In this document: positions 37,310 to 46,677 of the stretch, in pieces
How the letters are laid out: each line of letters opens with the position of its first letter
Position numbering within the stretch: the stretch's first letter is position 1
Assembly: GCA_028682895.1 (NCBI GenBank)
Contig: JAJRAK010000029.1
Location: forward strand, 7,156 to 71,155
Source of the DNA: Methanomassiliicoccales archaeon
Lineage (GTDB): Archaea > Thermoplasmatota > Thermoplasmata > Methanomassiliicoccales > UBA472
Reading direction: 5' to 3'
Length of the DNA: 64,000 nt
Translations under genes and position numbers: made by a program
Notes under the pieces: generated by a model
What the model saw: only the letters and a program-made list of their open reading frames with translations
The model's database searches: none
Told to the model about the DNA's origin: nothing

Positions 37310-38850
37310 CACGGTTTAAGACATCTTAAAAGGTCATGAATTATCTTAAAGCATGTGAAGATGGACAATAATGTAATTTATATATATATTAAATATAAAT
37401 TTTAATCTTTATATTCAAACATATTCATCTCCATGATATCTTCGAATGAATAATCCTTTCTTTCATTTTTATATGAACAGATAGTTCCATAACCCATATC
37501 ACAATTATATTTTTTTATTGGGATTGCCCACTGATTTCTTAATACATTGATAATATCGTTAATTGTACTCGGCGGTTTAAAACCGAGATTAATTCTTTTT
37601 CCATTCTTTAATATTAATACTATGGAAACAGGGGAATTCTTCCATAATACCCCCCGATGCTCATCGATAAGTTGGGTCATGTTACCACGAATAATCGATG
37701 CATTACGGATAGTATCCCGAGGAACTTCGATAGTATTAATGTTGGAACGATATAGACGCGGTGATGGAACGATAATAGAATCGGTTTTAATGATTATTGG
37801 TATACTTCCATCCAATTCTCTTTTTAAAATTTTTTCTGTTGAAAATAAAAAAATACCCAAGAACGTCAATATTAATAAAGTAAAAAAATATATAAATTCA
37901 AATGTGATAAAAGCTATCAGTGAAGCATATAATGCAACAATTATTGTTAATAATATTACAAGTCGAAGGATCCATTGAATCCTAATAATTTTATTTTTAT
38001 CAAGTTCGATTCCGCGAAAATCATATTTCGGCAATCTTTCCCTGAACAGTATTTGTTTTTCCAATACAATCACCAATCATTCATGATAATGGTTAGATAT
38101 TGTCGAAGCTAATGCCGTTGCATCGATTGCTATACTAGCGATAGGGCTTATTTTTACAATTGCTTTCCATATTGGATTTGAAAATGGATTAATGGGGAAT
38201 GCCAATGATACAAGATAACTTGCGATTGATATTACTAATCCAGTAACACCAAATAGGATACTAGTTGAATAATCGTTTATTTGTGTTGCGGCTATAGCAA
38301 GAAAAACACTAAATAAACTTACAGCTAGAATAAAAATATCATTAGCAACCTTTTTATGAGCAACATATGCGATAATAGCTCCTATCAGTGATGTAGCCAC
38401 CGCAAGAAAACCCTCGAATAATATTGATTGATCATCCCCCAACATTTCCCAAACCCAATCCCCCCAATTATCGATAGCAAAATAGAAAAGCATTACTAAT
38501 GGAGTTGCTGCTAAGAAATTTATTAACTCTCCGAAGAGAATATCCCCGATAAAACTACACGGTATTGAACGATATAATATTGTAGTAATTAATAATATTA
38601 TTAGACTCGATATAGCTAAACAATTAATCATATCGGAATTAAAAATAGAAATGCAAATATCATCTACATCTGCTTGACTGACTTCATTATTATTATAAGC
38701 CTGTGAAGCCTTTGATACCTTTGAATTGAGGCTGTTAAAACAAGGTTCGTTACTATCGGTTATTGTTTGTTTTTCCTGATTTAGCTGCTCGCCTAATAAA
38801 TAGCGAATGAAATCAACAATCCAATCCACGAAAGCGCAGAACCCATCTAC
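37310..38850. other. Strongly AT-rich compositional island (borders approximate)
   Basis: For example, 37801-37860 has 13 G+C of 60, whereas 39601-39660 in the same gene has 39 of 60. The island covers the 224-aa gene and the last ~260 codons of the 2370-aa gene. Confidence 0.8.
37402..38076 (-). CDS. Small membrane protein (2 TM + PH-like soluble domain), 224 aa, AT-rich, non-ATG start
   Basis: The ORF begins TTG GTG immediately after the TGA of the giant gene (38077-38079), and there is no ATG for >100 codons. It has two adjacent hydrophobic helices, then a beta-rich domain. Confidence 0.6.
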   Translation of the reverse strand: MVIVLEKQILFRERLPKYDFRGIELDKNKIIRIQWILRLVILLTIIVALYASLIAFITFEFIYFFTLLILTFLGIFLFSTEKILKRELDGSIPIIIKTDSIIVPSPRLYRSNINTIEVPRDTIRNASIIRGNMTQLIDEHRGVLWKNSPVSIVLILKNGKRINLGFKPPSTINDIINVLRNQWAIPIKKYNCDMGYGTICSYKNERKDYSFEDIMEMNMFEYKD

Positions 38851-41800
38851 GATGAAATCCACAGCATCTTCTATTACAGAGATTGCAGTAGAGATGAGGT
38901 TCGCTACGATCTCCAGCCCTATGATCATTAAGTGAGCCCATAGCAGCAACACCCCGCCGGTCGCGATCCATATCAGGAAGTCGAACACCAGGTTCGCTAT
39001 GTCGCTTATCACGTCCAAGGGATCGAAGAAGTTAGGCGCCCCTCCGAGCCCGGAGTTAGTGATGGACGTCGGTATCGACGACAGTATGTCTTTCGGAAGG
39101 TGCATGAGGTAGACGGACGTGGACGATATCGTCACGTTGTTGCCTATGCGTGCGCCGGTCGAGTTGTGCGTCAGCATCTCTAGGATCGCCTCTGCCTGCT
39201 GATAGGTCACGTTCTTCGTTATGACCGCTATGACGTGCGATGATGCCGACGCACTGTCCTGGTCGGTGCTGTAGAAGGAAGCGTCGGCAAGCGGCGTGCT
39301 GCCGATGCTCTGCAGGTCGTACAGCGTATCGTTCAATTGACATTGTAAGGCGATGGCACGGGGCAGGATTATCGTGTTCATCCCTTGCTGGAAACGTGCG
39401 TTGGCGGAACTGACGTTCAAATTGATGAGGAAGACCTGGTCGTCTGCGCTGTAACGGTACACGCCTGTGGAGACCTGATCGAGACCGTAATCCCCGTCGT
39501 CTCCCGTCCCGTTCACGACGATCACCTTCGCCTTCTCGGCGACAGTGCGCTGCAGCCCGACCTTCATGTACCCGTCCGCGTCGTTGTCGAGCCAGCCGCA
39601 GGTGCCCTGGAACGACGTCTGGTACTGCGTCGTCGACAGCGTCCAGGTCACCGTGTGCTCCAGGTTGCTCGTCGAAGATACGTCCAGCTTGATGTCGTCG
39701 CCCGGCACCGTCCCGGCGTTGTCGGCGACGGCGTAGAATATGACGGAGACGGACGTCACCGTCTCCGCGATGTCGATATCGTACGTCCATCCCGGATAGT
39801 ACAGCGTGTCGGTGTGCGCGGCCATGCGCTTGGTCGAAAGCATCTCGCCGTTGTACTTTATGACGAAGAAGATGGTACGGTCGTCGTCGTAATTGATGTC
39901 CTCCCTCGTCCGGTACTCCAGTATGGAAACGCGCAGCACCGCGTCGCCCATGTACCTGTCGACGTTGTCGTTGTAGCCGTCGTCGTCCGTGTCGGCGCGC
40001 GTCGGGTCAGTAACGTAACTGCATAATGTAATCCCAGATACCTCGTTCCCGTCGGAAACGCCATCGCTGTCGCTGTCCGAGGAGCGCGGGTTGGTGTACC
40101 AGCCGTCGATCCCGAAGTTCACCTCCTCGCCGTCCGATAGGCCGTCATCATCGGAGTCTCTGTCCAATACGTTCGTCGTCCCGTTCACCTGCAACCGTAC
40201 GTACTCCACGCGGCCTTCCGTTCCTGCCGTGATATCGGTGACGTTGATCTTCCAGGTGCTGGCCGACGTCAGGTCGCTGGCGGAGTACGGTGACGACAAT
40301 GAGAAGAGGTTGACCAGCGCGTAGTAGTTCGCCCCGCTGCCGGTGCCTGAGGCCTTTATCGTCTTGGTCGTCCCGGTCGCGCCCTTGGACATCTGCACGC
40401 GCAGCTGCGTCTCCGCCCCGTGCATTATCCCGATGACGAGGCAGAACGACGATATGGTGCCGGATATGGCCGGTACCGATAATGAGATCGTCACCTTCGA
40501 AGAGCCGTCCGGTATCAAGTGCGATTCGTCCGTAGACCATGTGTACGAGTACTTCTCTGAACCGTCCGTCAGGTCGTCGTTATCGGAATCGGCGTCCGTC
40601 GGGTCGGTGAGGTACGAGCTCGTTCTTTCCACGTTGTCGTTCAGGCCGTCCGTGTCGGTGTCGGCGGAGAACGGGTCCAGGTCGTAAGTATGCGTGCCGA
40701 TGGCCGACATCGTAACGCGCAACGCCTCGTACGCGTCGCTGTAGGTGTCGCCGTCGCTGTCCTTGTATACGGTGATGGAGTCCACGGCTACCGTTGTCGT
40801 GGACGTTATCTCGAACATTATGTTGATCTGTCCCCCGGCCACCGAGTCGTATGTTATGGCGGATGTCACGAACATGTCAGTGCGCCAGGCGGTGCCGGTG
40901 GTGAACGATCCCAAAGGCGCGGTTCCGGTACTGTTGATGAACTGCTTGAGCGACGTGGTGCCGGACGTGACCTTGTACGTTATGCTTATGAGGTACTGAG
41001 CATCGCTCTCCGCCCCGTTCAGGTAGAAGTTGGCGTTGTTCCCGCTTACAGTGTTACGCCAGTAGACGCTTCCGCTGGAAGTGATAGCACCCCATTCGCC
41101 GTTGTCCAGCAGGCTTATGCCTGGCGTATGCGACGATCCTGTCGTATCTCCGGAGACGCCTACGTCCGTATAATATCGGGATGTCCAGAGAACCACGCGG
41201 GTGAGGTTCTTTATCGCGGAGGTGAGCTTGATGCGCACGGTCGATCCGGGCGTCGTTCCCTGTGCGTCCGTGTACGTCGGATTGAGCTGCACGACGGCGG
41301 ACGTGCCCCAGCTCTCCAGCGTGCCTATGCTTGCGTAGGCGGAGGTGACGTACTGCTGCACGCCGATGCCCGTGTACGAATCGAGACCTACGAACTCTAG
41401 TAAGTACGTCTGGTCGCTGCGCGGCAGGGTGATCAGTAACGTAGCAGAGACGGAACCGTTGACGACGGCGTCGTCTATGGCCCAATTGTTCTCCAGCATG
41501 ACGCCGGGGTAGTTCTGAGAGGTGCCGAAGAAGTCTGAGACGTACGCAACGGCGACGGCGTCGATGCTGTCGACGACGATGGCGTACGAGAAGCGGAGCT
41601 TGACGTTGCATGCGAAAAGGGTACCGGACGAGTCGGTAAGCCATTCGCTCTTGAGAACGAAGCTGTAGGTGTTGGCGGCGGTGCTTCCCGGAAGCGTGGT
41701 CACGGTGACCCATGAGTCACCGACGAGCATCTGGACGCCGACATCGGCCGAGGCTGTGTAGGCGATCGAGAGCTGATAGTAGGTACTCGACTGGTACGTT

Positions 41801-44800
41801 CCGTCGTATATGTTGAGAAGGAAGCAGCTGTTCTCCACCGCTTGCCTGCTGCCGCCCGAGGCCGTGCCCCAGCCAGTGCCATTCAGGATGTTCAGTCCCG
41901 GAAGGTTTTGCATGAGGTAGTTATCGCCTGCGGAACCGACGTCAACGCTGAAGCGGTCGCTGCCCCCTAATAATCTGACCGACAATGAATAGGAGCCCTG
42001 GTTCGTTCCGGCGTTGTGGTACAGCCGTACCTTCCAAACGCCGGAAGCGTTGACCGTGAGCTGAACGTTCTCGTCGACGCTGGTGCCGCCGGTGGACGAT
42101 GATGCCAGCGTTCCGGAGGGGTTGTACAGATAGAGCTGATAGTCGAATGACGTGGGAACGTCGAGAGCGACCCTTATCGTCTGGCCGTTCAGAAGAGGTA
42201 CCCCGTAATAATCGTTGACGTCCAATGCGGAATCGAGATATCCCAGATACGTGCCTGGTGTCAGGAGCGAAGCCGTGCCGATATCGTCCGCGGCATCGAC
42301 GCCCAGCCCGGCATCGCCGACGATCTTGGTGCTGAACGTAAGGTCGGTGCTCTGTTCGTTAACATTATTATCGCCGGTGTACGCGGTCGTCACCTTGTAA
42401 TGATAGGTTGCACCTCCAGTGAGATCGGTGATGTCCACCGTATGAGATGTATCGCTGGTACCAGTCGCGGTCGTGCCGTAGGATGACGTGAGGCCGTATT
42501 GAACGACCGATGTAGCTGCGTAGTTCGTGGTCCATGTGATTCGCACGGAATTGAGATCGATGAGCGCAGACACGGGCGAGCTCATTGTGAGGTCGCTGGT
42601 CGTGAACGTGCGATCGGTACTCGATTTTGTATATCCGGATGTGGAGGATTGCACCTGATAATGATATGTGGTGCTCGTGGCTAAATTGCTCAATATCCTC
42701 GAGTGATATATACCATCAGTTCCTGTGCGGGTCGTGGTGTACGATGTTGTCGTTCCGTACTTCACGACCGTGGTGGACTCATAGTTCGTGGTCCAGGTGA
42801 TTTTCACGCTATTTGGGCCATTGAGGGCGGACGATACGGAGGTTATGCTGAGGTCCTGCGTAGTGAACGTATCATCACCGCTTTCGTTGGAACTATTGGT
42901 ATCAGCTGATGCCGTGGACATGACATAGAAATGATATGTCGTGGTCGTAGACAGTCCGGTGAGATTCACCGTATGATATGTGCCTGTGTCTCCGCTCGCC
43001 GTGTGGCCATATGAAGTGGTGGTGCCGTAACAGACCGTACTGTTGGCCGCCACGTTCGTCTGCCAGTTGATACGTGCTGAAATGGGGCTCGTCAACGTGA
43101 CATCGATATTGCTGATGGTGATGATGACCTGGGCCGATGTGAATGAACAATCGGTGGTGTTCGAAGCGATCGAGAATCCGTTCATGGAGTAGGTCGAACT
43201 TACCTTGTAATGGTACACCGCGTTTGAACCGAGATCGGAGATGGTCAATGAGTGAGACGTGGTCAGGGTACTGGATTCGACGTGATTACCATAGGAGGAA
43301 GTAGTGCCGTAATCCACCCGGGAATCCGATTCCACATCAGTTGCCCATGTGATGTTGGCACATCCAGAAGCGGTTGTTATGGAGATCGAGTATATACTAA
43401 TCTGATCTGGATAGGTCATAAAGGACGTCGGTGAAGTCCATATGTTTTCCCAATATGATGTGGTCGTACTTTGTATCGCATAATATGTAGTGTTACTGCT
43501 CAGACCAGTAATCGGTGCTGTGTAATCATTAGTGCCCCAATTTTGGCTCATTGTAGCTACAGCATAATTTGGCAGGGTAGATGTGGACGTGCCCCAGAGA
43601 ACATACATTATCGCCATCGAAGAAGATGTCCATTGAGCCGTAGCAGTGCTGTTCGTGATGTCAGATATAACACAGCTGGATAGAAGACTAGAGAAGAAAC
43701 CTGATGCACCTACGGTGGAAGTGATGCCTGTTGTAGAAACATCGTCTGTTGCTGTTGCGGATACTGAAACGAGATTGCGAACTATCACGTCCTGTACATC
43801 CTCAATCCCGTCCAGATCGGCATAGGGTGTGGAGACGAAATAGGAATCCAGTTCATCCCTCAGGTCCGAGGCGTTCTCGATCGCCAATGCCTCCTCGCTG
43901 TTGTTGCGGTGGGCGATGATGTTACCGATCCGTTCGTTCAGCTCGGACATGGAATTGTTACCATGCCTGAACTTCTTATGATCGATCGAGGATATGTAAC
44001 TGGAAAGGCGCGTGATGTCCGGTACGACGTATTCGATGTCCTGACTCATGAACAGTTCCTGCGTATCGGAATGCTCTTCTGCGTAGACGCAGGAGAAGGA
44101 GCCGGATGTTATCGAGAAGATAGCCGGTGAAAAGGCATCGAGACCGGAGGTGGATATCTGCTTGGCGTCGCCTGCGTTCCCCTGCAGGTCGCACTCGGTG
44201 ACATAGACGCTGGAGCATCCGTCTGTAACGACGGTGTAAGCGATGCGCAGAGAGCTTCCGGACGCTGCCAACGAGGCCTCGGATATCGTATCGTTCAGCT
44301 CGATGACGGTATGGGAAATCCAATTGGATGCGGCGCCGAGGCAGCATGCCAGCATGATGCTGTCGTTCTCGACGTAGAGGATGCGCTCGTGACCGTTCAC
44401 CGACATGAGGTCGACGGAGCTTCCGCCGTCGGTCCTGCTTACCAGCGTAGGATCGGTGACGACCGTGCCGTTGTCCGTGATCTGCATGAAGTACAATGCG
44501 TCGGAACTATCCTCGATCATGGCCACGTTGAGCATGTCGTCGAAGAAGGCGATGTCACCGTCAGACGCCGACACCGGGAGCGCCGCCAGCAGCGTGGCAT
44601 TGACCGAACCGTCGATGAGCCTGAACGCCGCCAGCGAGTATCTCGTCGCTTCGTCGGAGATAATGTTCATGGCGATGTATACGGCATCGCCGTCTGTCGT
44701 CAGCGAGGGAGAGCTGCCGACGGACACGGCATAAGCGGTGCTCCAGTCATCGTCGTCCTCAGAGTAGAGGAAATATACGGACGGCATGGCGTCGGCCGTG

Positions 44801-45189
44801 AGCTTTCCCTCGAAAGCTATGGCCGTGCCGAAGGCGCTGCCGAGGACGATGGAGATGTTGGAGATGGAGTAGAAGGAGGTGGAGATCGTCTCATCGGAGG
44901 TGAAGGTGCTCATCGAGTCGTTGGAACATTTCCAGGAAACGCTCTGCGAGCCTATCCGTCCGTCGACCCAAGCTATATGAGCGGTACTGTCCGGACCTAC
45001 GGCCACGCAGGGCGACGATGCCATCGAATTGGATATCGTGATGCGCCTGTCATTATGTTCGATGTTCGAGATGATCTCGTCGACATCGTCGTCAGGCAGT
45101 GCTACTTCCTCCGCGCTCACGTCCGCGGTCATCACGTAGAACGCGGCTATAACCATGAGATAGGCGCAGGCTACGCTGGTCCATTTCAT
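38077..45189 (-). CDS. Giant (2370 aa) mosaic surface protein: signal peptide, BNR/propeller-like region, FN3-like repeats, PPC domain, jelly-roll modules, TSP3-type Ca-binding repeats, P-domain-like module, polytopic C-terminal membrane domain
   Basis: Uninterrupted 7.1-kb ORF. Signal-like VACAYLMVIAAFYVMTADVSA. Five to six ITW.T....S.V.YG.T.SYG......HS..L..L...T.YHY.V repeats. PPC-like DDIGTASLL.PG.Y.GYL....DVNDYY...L..GQTI.V.L. D-x-D-x-D-G-x-x-D repeats. About 6-7 C-terminal TM helices. Confidence 0.9.
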   Translation of the reverse strand: MKWTSVACAYLMVIAAFYVMTADVSAEEVALPDDDVDEIISNIEHNDRRITISNSMASSPCVAVGPDSTAHIAWVDGRIGSQSVSWKCSNDSMSTFTSDETISTSFYSISNISIVLGSAFGTAIAFEGKLTADAMPSVYFLYSEDDDDWSTAYAVSVGSSPSLTTDGDAVYIAMNIISDEATRYSLAAFRLIDGSVNATLLAALPVSASDGDIAFFDDMLNVAMIEDSSDALYFMQITDNGTVVTDPTLVSRTDGGSSVDLMSVNGHERILYVENDSIMLACCLGAASNWISHTVIELNDTISEASLAASGSSLRIAYTVVTDGCSSVYVTECDLQGNAGDAKQISTSGLDAFSPAIFSITSGSFSCVYAEEHSDTQELFMSQDIEYVVPDITRLSSYISSIDHKKFRHGNNSMSELNERIGNIIAHRNNSEEALAIENASDLRDELDSYFVSTPYADLDGIEDVQDVIVRNLVSVSATATDDVSTTGITSTVGASGFFSSLLSSCVISDITNSTATAQWTSSSMAIMYVLWGTSTSTLPNYAVATMSQNWGTNDYTAPITGLSSNTTYYAIQSTTTSYWENIWTSPTSFMTYPDQISIYSISITTASGCANITWATDVESDSRVDYGTTSSYGNHVESSTLTTSHSLTISDLGSNAVYHYKVSSTYSMNGFSIASNTTDCSFTSAQVIITISNIDVTLTSPISARINWQTNVAANSTVCYGTTTSYGHTASGDTGTYHTVNLTGLSTTTTYHFYVMSTASADTNSSNESGDDTFTTQDLSITSVSSALNGPNSVKITWTTNYESTTVVKYGTTTSYTTTRTGTDGIYHSRILSNLATSTTYHYQVQSSTSGYTKSSTDRTFTTSDLTMSSPVSALIDLNSVRITWTTNYAATSVVQYGLTSSYGTTATGTSDTSHTVDITDLTGGATYHYKVTTAYTGDNNVNEQSTDLTFSTKIVGDAGLGVDAADDIGTASLLTPGTYLGYLDSALDVNDYYGVPLLNGQTIRVALDVPTSFDYQLYLYNPSGTLASSSTGGTSVDENVQLTVNASGVWKVRLYHNAGTNQGSYSLSVRLLGGSDRFSVDVGSAGDNYLMQNLPGLNILNGTGWGTASGGSRQAVENSCFLLNIYDGTYQSSTYYQLSIAYTASADVGVQMLVGDSWVTVTTLPGSTAANTYSFVLKSEWLTDSSGTLFACNVKLRFSYAIVVDSIDAVAVAYVSDFFGTSQNYPGVMLENNWAIDDAVVNGSVSATLLITLPRSDQTYLLEFVGLDSYTGIGVQQYVTSAYASIGTLESWGTSAVVQLNPTYTDAQGTTPGSTVRIKLTSAIKNLTRVVLWTSRYYTDVGVSGDTTGSSHTPGISLLDNGEWGAITSSGSVYWRNTVSGNNANFYLNGAESDAQYLISITYKVTSGTTSLKQFINSTGTAPLGSFTTGTAWRTDMFVTSAITYDSVAGGQINIMFEITSTTTVAVDSITVYKDSDGDTYSDAYEALRVTMSAIGTHTYDLDPFSADTDTDGLNDNVERTSSYLTDPTDADSDNDDLTDGSEKYSYTWSTDESHLIPDGSSKVTISLSVPAISGTISSFCLVIGIMHGAETQLRVQMSKGATGTTKTIKASGTGSGANYYALVNLFSLSSPYSASDLTSASTWKINVTDITAGTEGRVEYVRLQVNGTTNVLDRDSDDDGLSDGEEVNFGIDGWYTNPRSSDSDSDGVSDGNEVSGITLCSYVTDPTRADTDDDGYNDNVDRYMGDAVLRVSILEYRTREDINYDDDRTIFFVIKYNGEMLSTKRMAAHTDTLYYPGWTYDIDIAETVTSVSVIFYAVADNAGTVPGDDIKLDVSSTSNLEHTVTWTLSTTQYQTSFQGTCGWLDNDADGYMKVGLQRTVAEKAKVIVVNGTGDDGDYGLDQVSTGVYRYSADDQVFLINLNVSSANARFQQGMNTIILPRAIALQCQLNDTLYDLQSIGSTPLADASFYSTDQDSASASSHVIAVITKNVTYQQAEAILEMLTHNSTGARIGNNVTISSTSVYLMHLPKDILSSIPTSITNSGLGGAPNFFDPLDVISDIANLVFDFLIWIATGGVLLLWAHLMIIGLEIVANLISTAISVIEDAVDFIVDGFCAFVDWIVDFIRYLLGEQLNQEKQTITDSNEPCFNSLNSKVSKASQAYNNNEVSQADVDDICISIFNSDMINCLAISSLIILLITTILYRSIPCSFIGDILFGELINFLAATPLVMLFYFAIDNWGDWVWEMLGDDQSILFEGFLAVATSLIGAIIAYVAHKKVANDIFILAVSLFSVFLAIAATQINDYSTSILFGVTGLVISIASYLVSLAFPINPFSNPIWKAIVKISPIASIAIDATALASTISNHYHE
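42325..43690 (-). repeat. Tandem FN3-like (purple-acid-phosphatase-N-like) coding repeats, ~95-100 codons each
   Basis: Recurrent blocks A.I.W.T...A.S.V.YG.T.SYG....G....H.V.L.GL...T.YH[FY].V. Coordinates are approximate. Confidence 0.7.
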
Positions 45190-45319
45190 CTTTTGAGAAT
45201 TCGTCCAGCTCCCCCCTCGAACTTCCGAGAGTAAATACGTTTTTTTTTGTTATATAACGATTATCTTTGGATTCTAGAAAATAAAATGAAAAATGAATAT
45301 ATTAAATAATATAAGTTAT

Positions 45320-45362
45320 AAAAAGATAAAAAAAGAACGATCGAGTGGCCAGACAGGCCACC
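45320..45362 (-). terminator. Hairpin plus T-tract downstream of the ABC-2 operon
   Basis: Perfect 6-bp stem gtggcc/ggccac with a 5-nt loop at 45344-45360. On the minus strand it is followed by tcgatcgttctttttttatcttttt. Confidence 0.5.
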
Positions 45363-45375
45363 CGATTTTTATTGT

Positions 45376-46677
45376 TTACTTCCGCTTCTTGGCCATCCCC
45401 AGCATCATGTCGATGAGTGGGAACCCGGTCTTCTTATCCGTCCTGGACACCTTGCCCGTCAGCAGTATGTCCTTCCTGAACAGGTAGACGGCGATGAACA
45501 TGGTCACCAGGGCGAATATCAGCGAGTAGGCGATACCGGACAGCACTAGCGTGTAATCGTCGAACATCAGGGCACGCATCGCGATCATCGGATGCGAGAA
45601 CGGTATGGCGAAGAGCACGACCTGGGCGAACAACGGCAGTGTGTCGAAGTCTGTCAGCATGGTGGCGAGCATAGGTATCATGGCCAGGAACGTGATGGGC
45701 ATGGTCATGGTCTGAGCGGCCTTGTAGTTCTTGGCGAATATGCCCATTATCATGCACAGCCCCAGACCGGACACCAGCGCGGCGAAGAGCGATATGCCGA
45801 TCAGCGTGTAGTCCAGCAGGTCCAATGTCATCCCGTAAGAGGCAAGGTCGACCGTCGAGGACCCCAGCAGCCCGGAATAGTAGTAGCTCATGCCTATCAT
45901 GTAGATGACGGCCATTATGAGACCGACCACCGCGGCACCTAGCAGCTTACCGAACACGATGGACGTGCGCCGGATGGGCATGGTGAGCAGGGTCTCCAGG
46001 GTCTTGTTCTCCTTCTCCGTGCCCATGGAAGATATGACTATGCTCCCGGAATAGATGATAACCATCATCACGATGAGCGGCATGACCAGGGATTGCTGCG
46101 AAAGGACGCTGGCAATGGTGGTCGGTGAGATGCCGTCCATCTCCTTGCCCTTGAACACCGTCGTCTCCGTGTAGGATGTCGGGTCGAGGATGATGGAAGC
46201 ATTGTCGCTCATATCATAGGAGATGAGGGTGGCCGCTATGGTCGTGTCCACGTTGCTCAGCAGGGAGCTGGCCGCTGCGCTCGGAACGCTGTCCATGATG
46301 CCTGCTCCTTTCATCATCCAGTAGACAGTGATGTTCCCAGTCTGGTTGCTCAGGATATTTTCTGTGAAATCTGACGATATGATGAAAAGAGATGTGCCGT
46401 CCGTATCCTCCAGCGTATCCAAAGCTTCTTGGACGCTCGTACCGTTGTACACTATCTCCGCACCCTGGTCGAACACGGAATATGCTATCGCGCCCAAGGC
46501 ACCTTCGTCGTTCATGATGACGGCGATTTTCTGCTCCTCGCTCAGTTCGTCCTCGACCCCGCCCATCATGTCACCCAGAGAGGCGAAGATGATGGCGATG
46601 ATGATGATCGGGACGAGGGTCGAAGGAGTGAGCATCTCCTTGATCTCCTTCTTGGCAATCTTGGAAAGGTTGCTCAT
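45376..46677 (-). CDS. ABC-2 type transporter permease (NatB-like, large extracytoplasmic loop)
   Basis: N-terminal TM, ~170-aa loop, then 5-6 C-terminal TMs. Its start overlaps the ATPase gene stop by 4 nt. Confidence 0.8.
   Translation of the reverse strand: MSNLSKIAKKEIKEMLTPSTLVPIIIIAIIFASLGDMMGGVEDELSEEQKIAVIMNDEGALGAIAYSVFDQGAEIVYNGTSVQEALDTLEDTDGTSLFIISSDFTENILSNQTGNITVYWMMKGAGIMDSVPSAAASSLLSNVDTTIAATLISYDMSDNASIILDPTSYTETTVFKGKEMDGISPTTIASVLSQQSLVMPLIVMMVIIYSGSIVISSMGTEKENKTLETLLTMPIRRTSIVFGKLLGAAVVGLIMAVIYMIGMSYYYSGLLGSSTVDLASYGMTLDLLDYTLIGISLFAALVSGLGLCMIMGIFAKNYKAAQTMTMPITFLAMIPMLATMLTDFDTLPLFAQVVLFAIPFSHPMIAMRALMFDDYTLVLSGIAYSLIFALVTMFIAVYLFRKDILLTGKVSRTDKKTGFPLIDMMLGMAKKRK

Noticed and set aside
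38077-39200. The idea that the C-terminal module of the 2370-aa protein is a polymorphic toxin domain and the 224-aa protein its immunity factor.
   Set aside because: The recombination footprint and tight coupling fit that logic. However, the module is a polytopic membrane domain with no nuclease, deaminase, peptidase or pore-forming motif I can recognise. I kept it only as an analogy in the findings.
45249-45258. The perfect palindrome GTTATATAAC upstream of the 2370-aa gene, considered as an operator.
   Set aside because: It is simply a TATA-like AT-rich palindrome in a very AT-rich promoter region ~60 nt from the ATG. I have no supporting second copy and no regulator.
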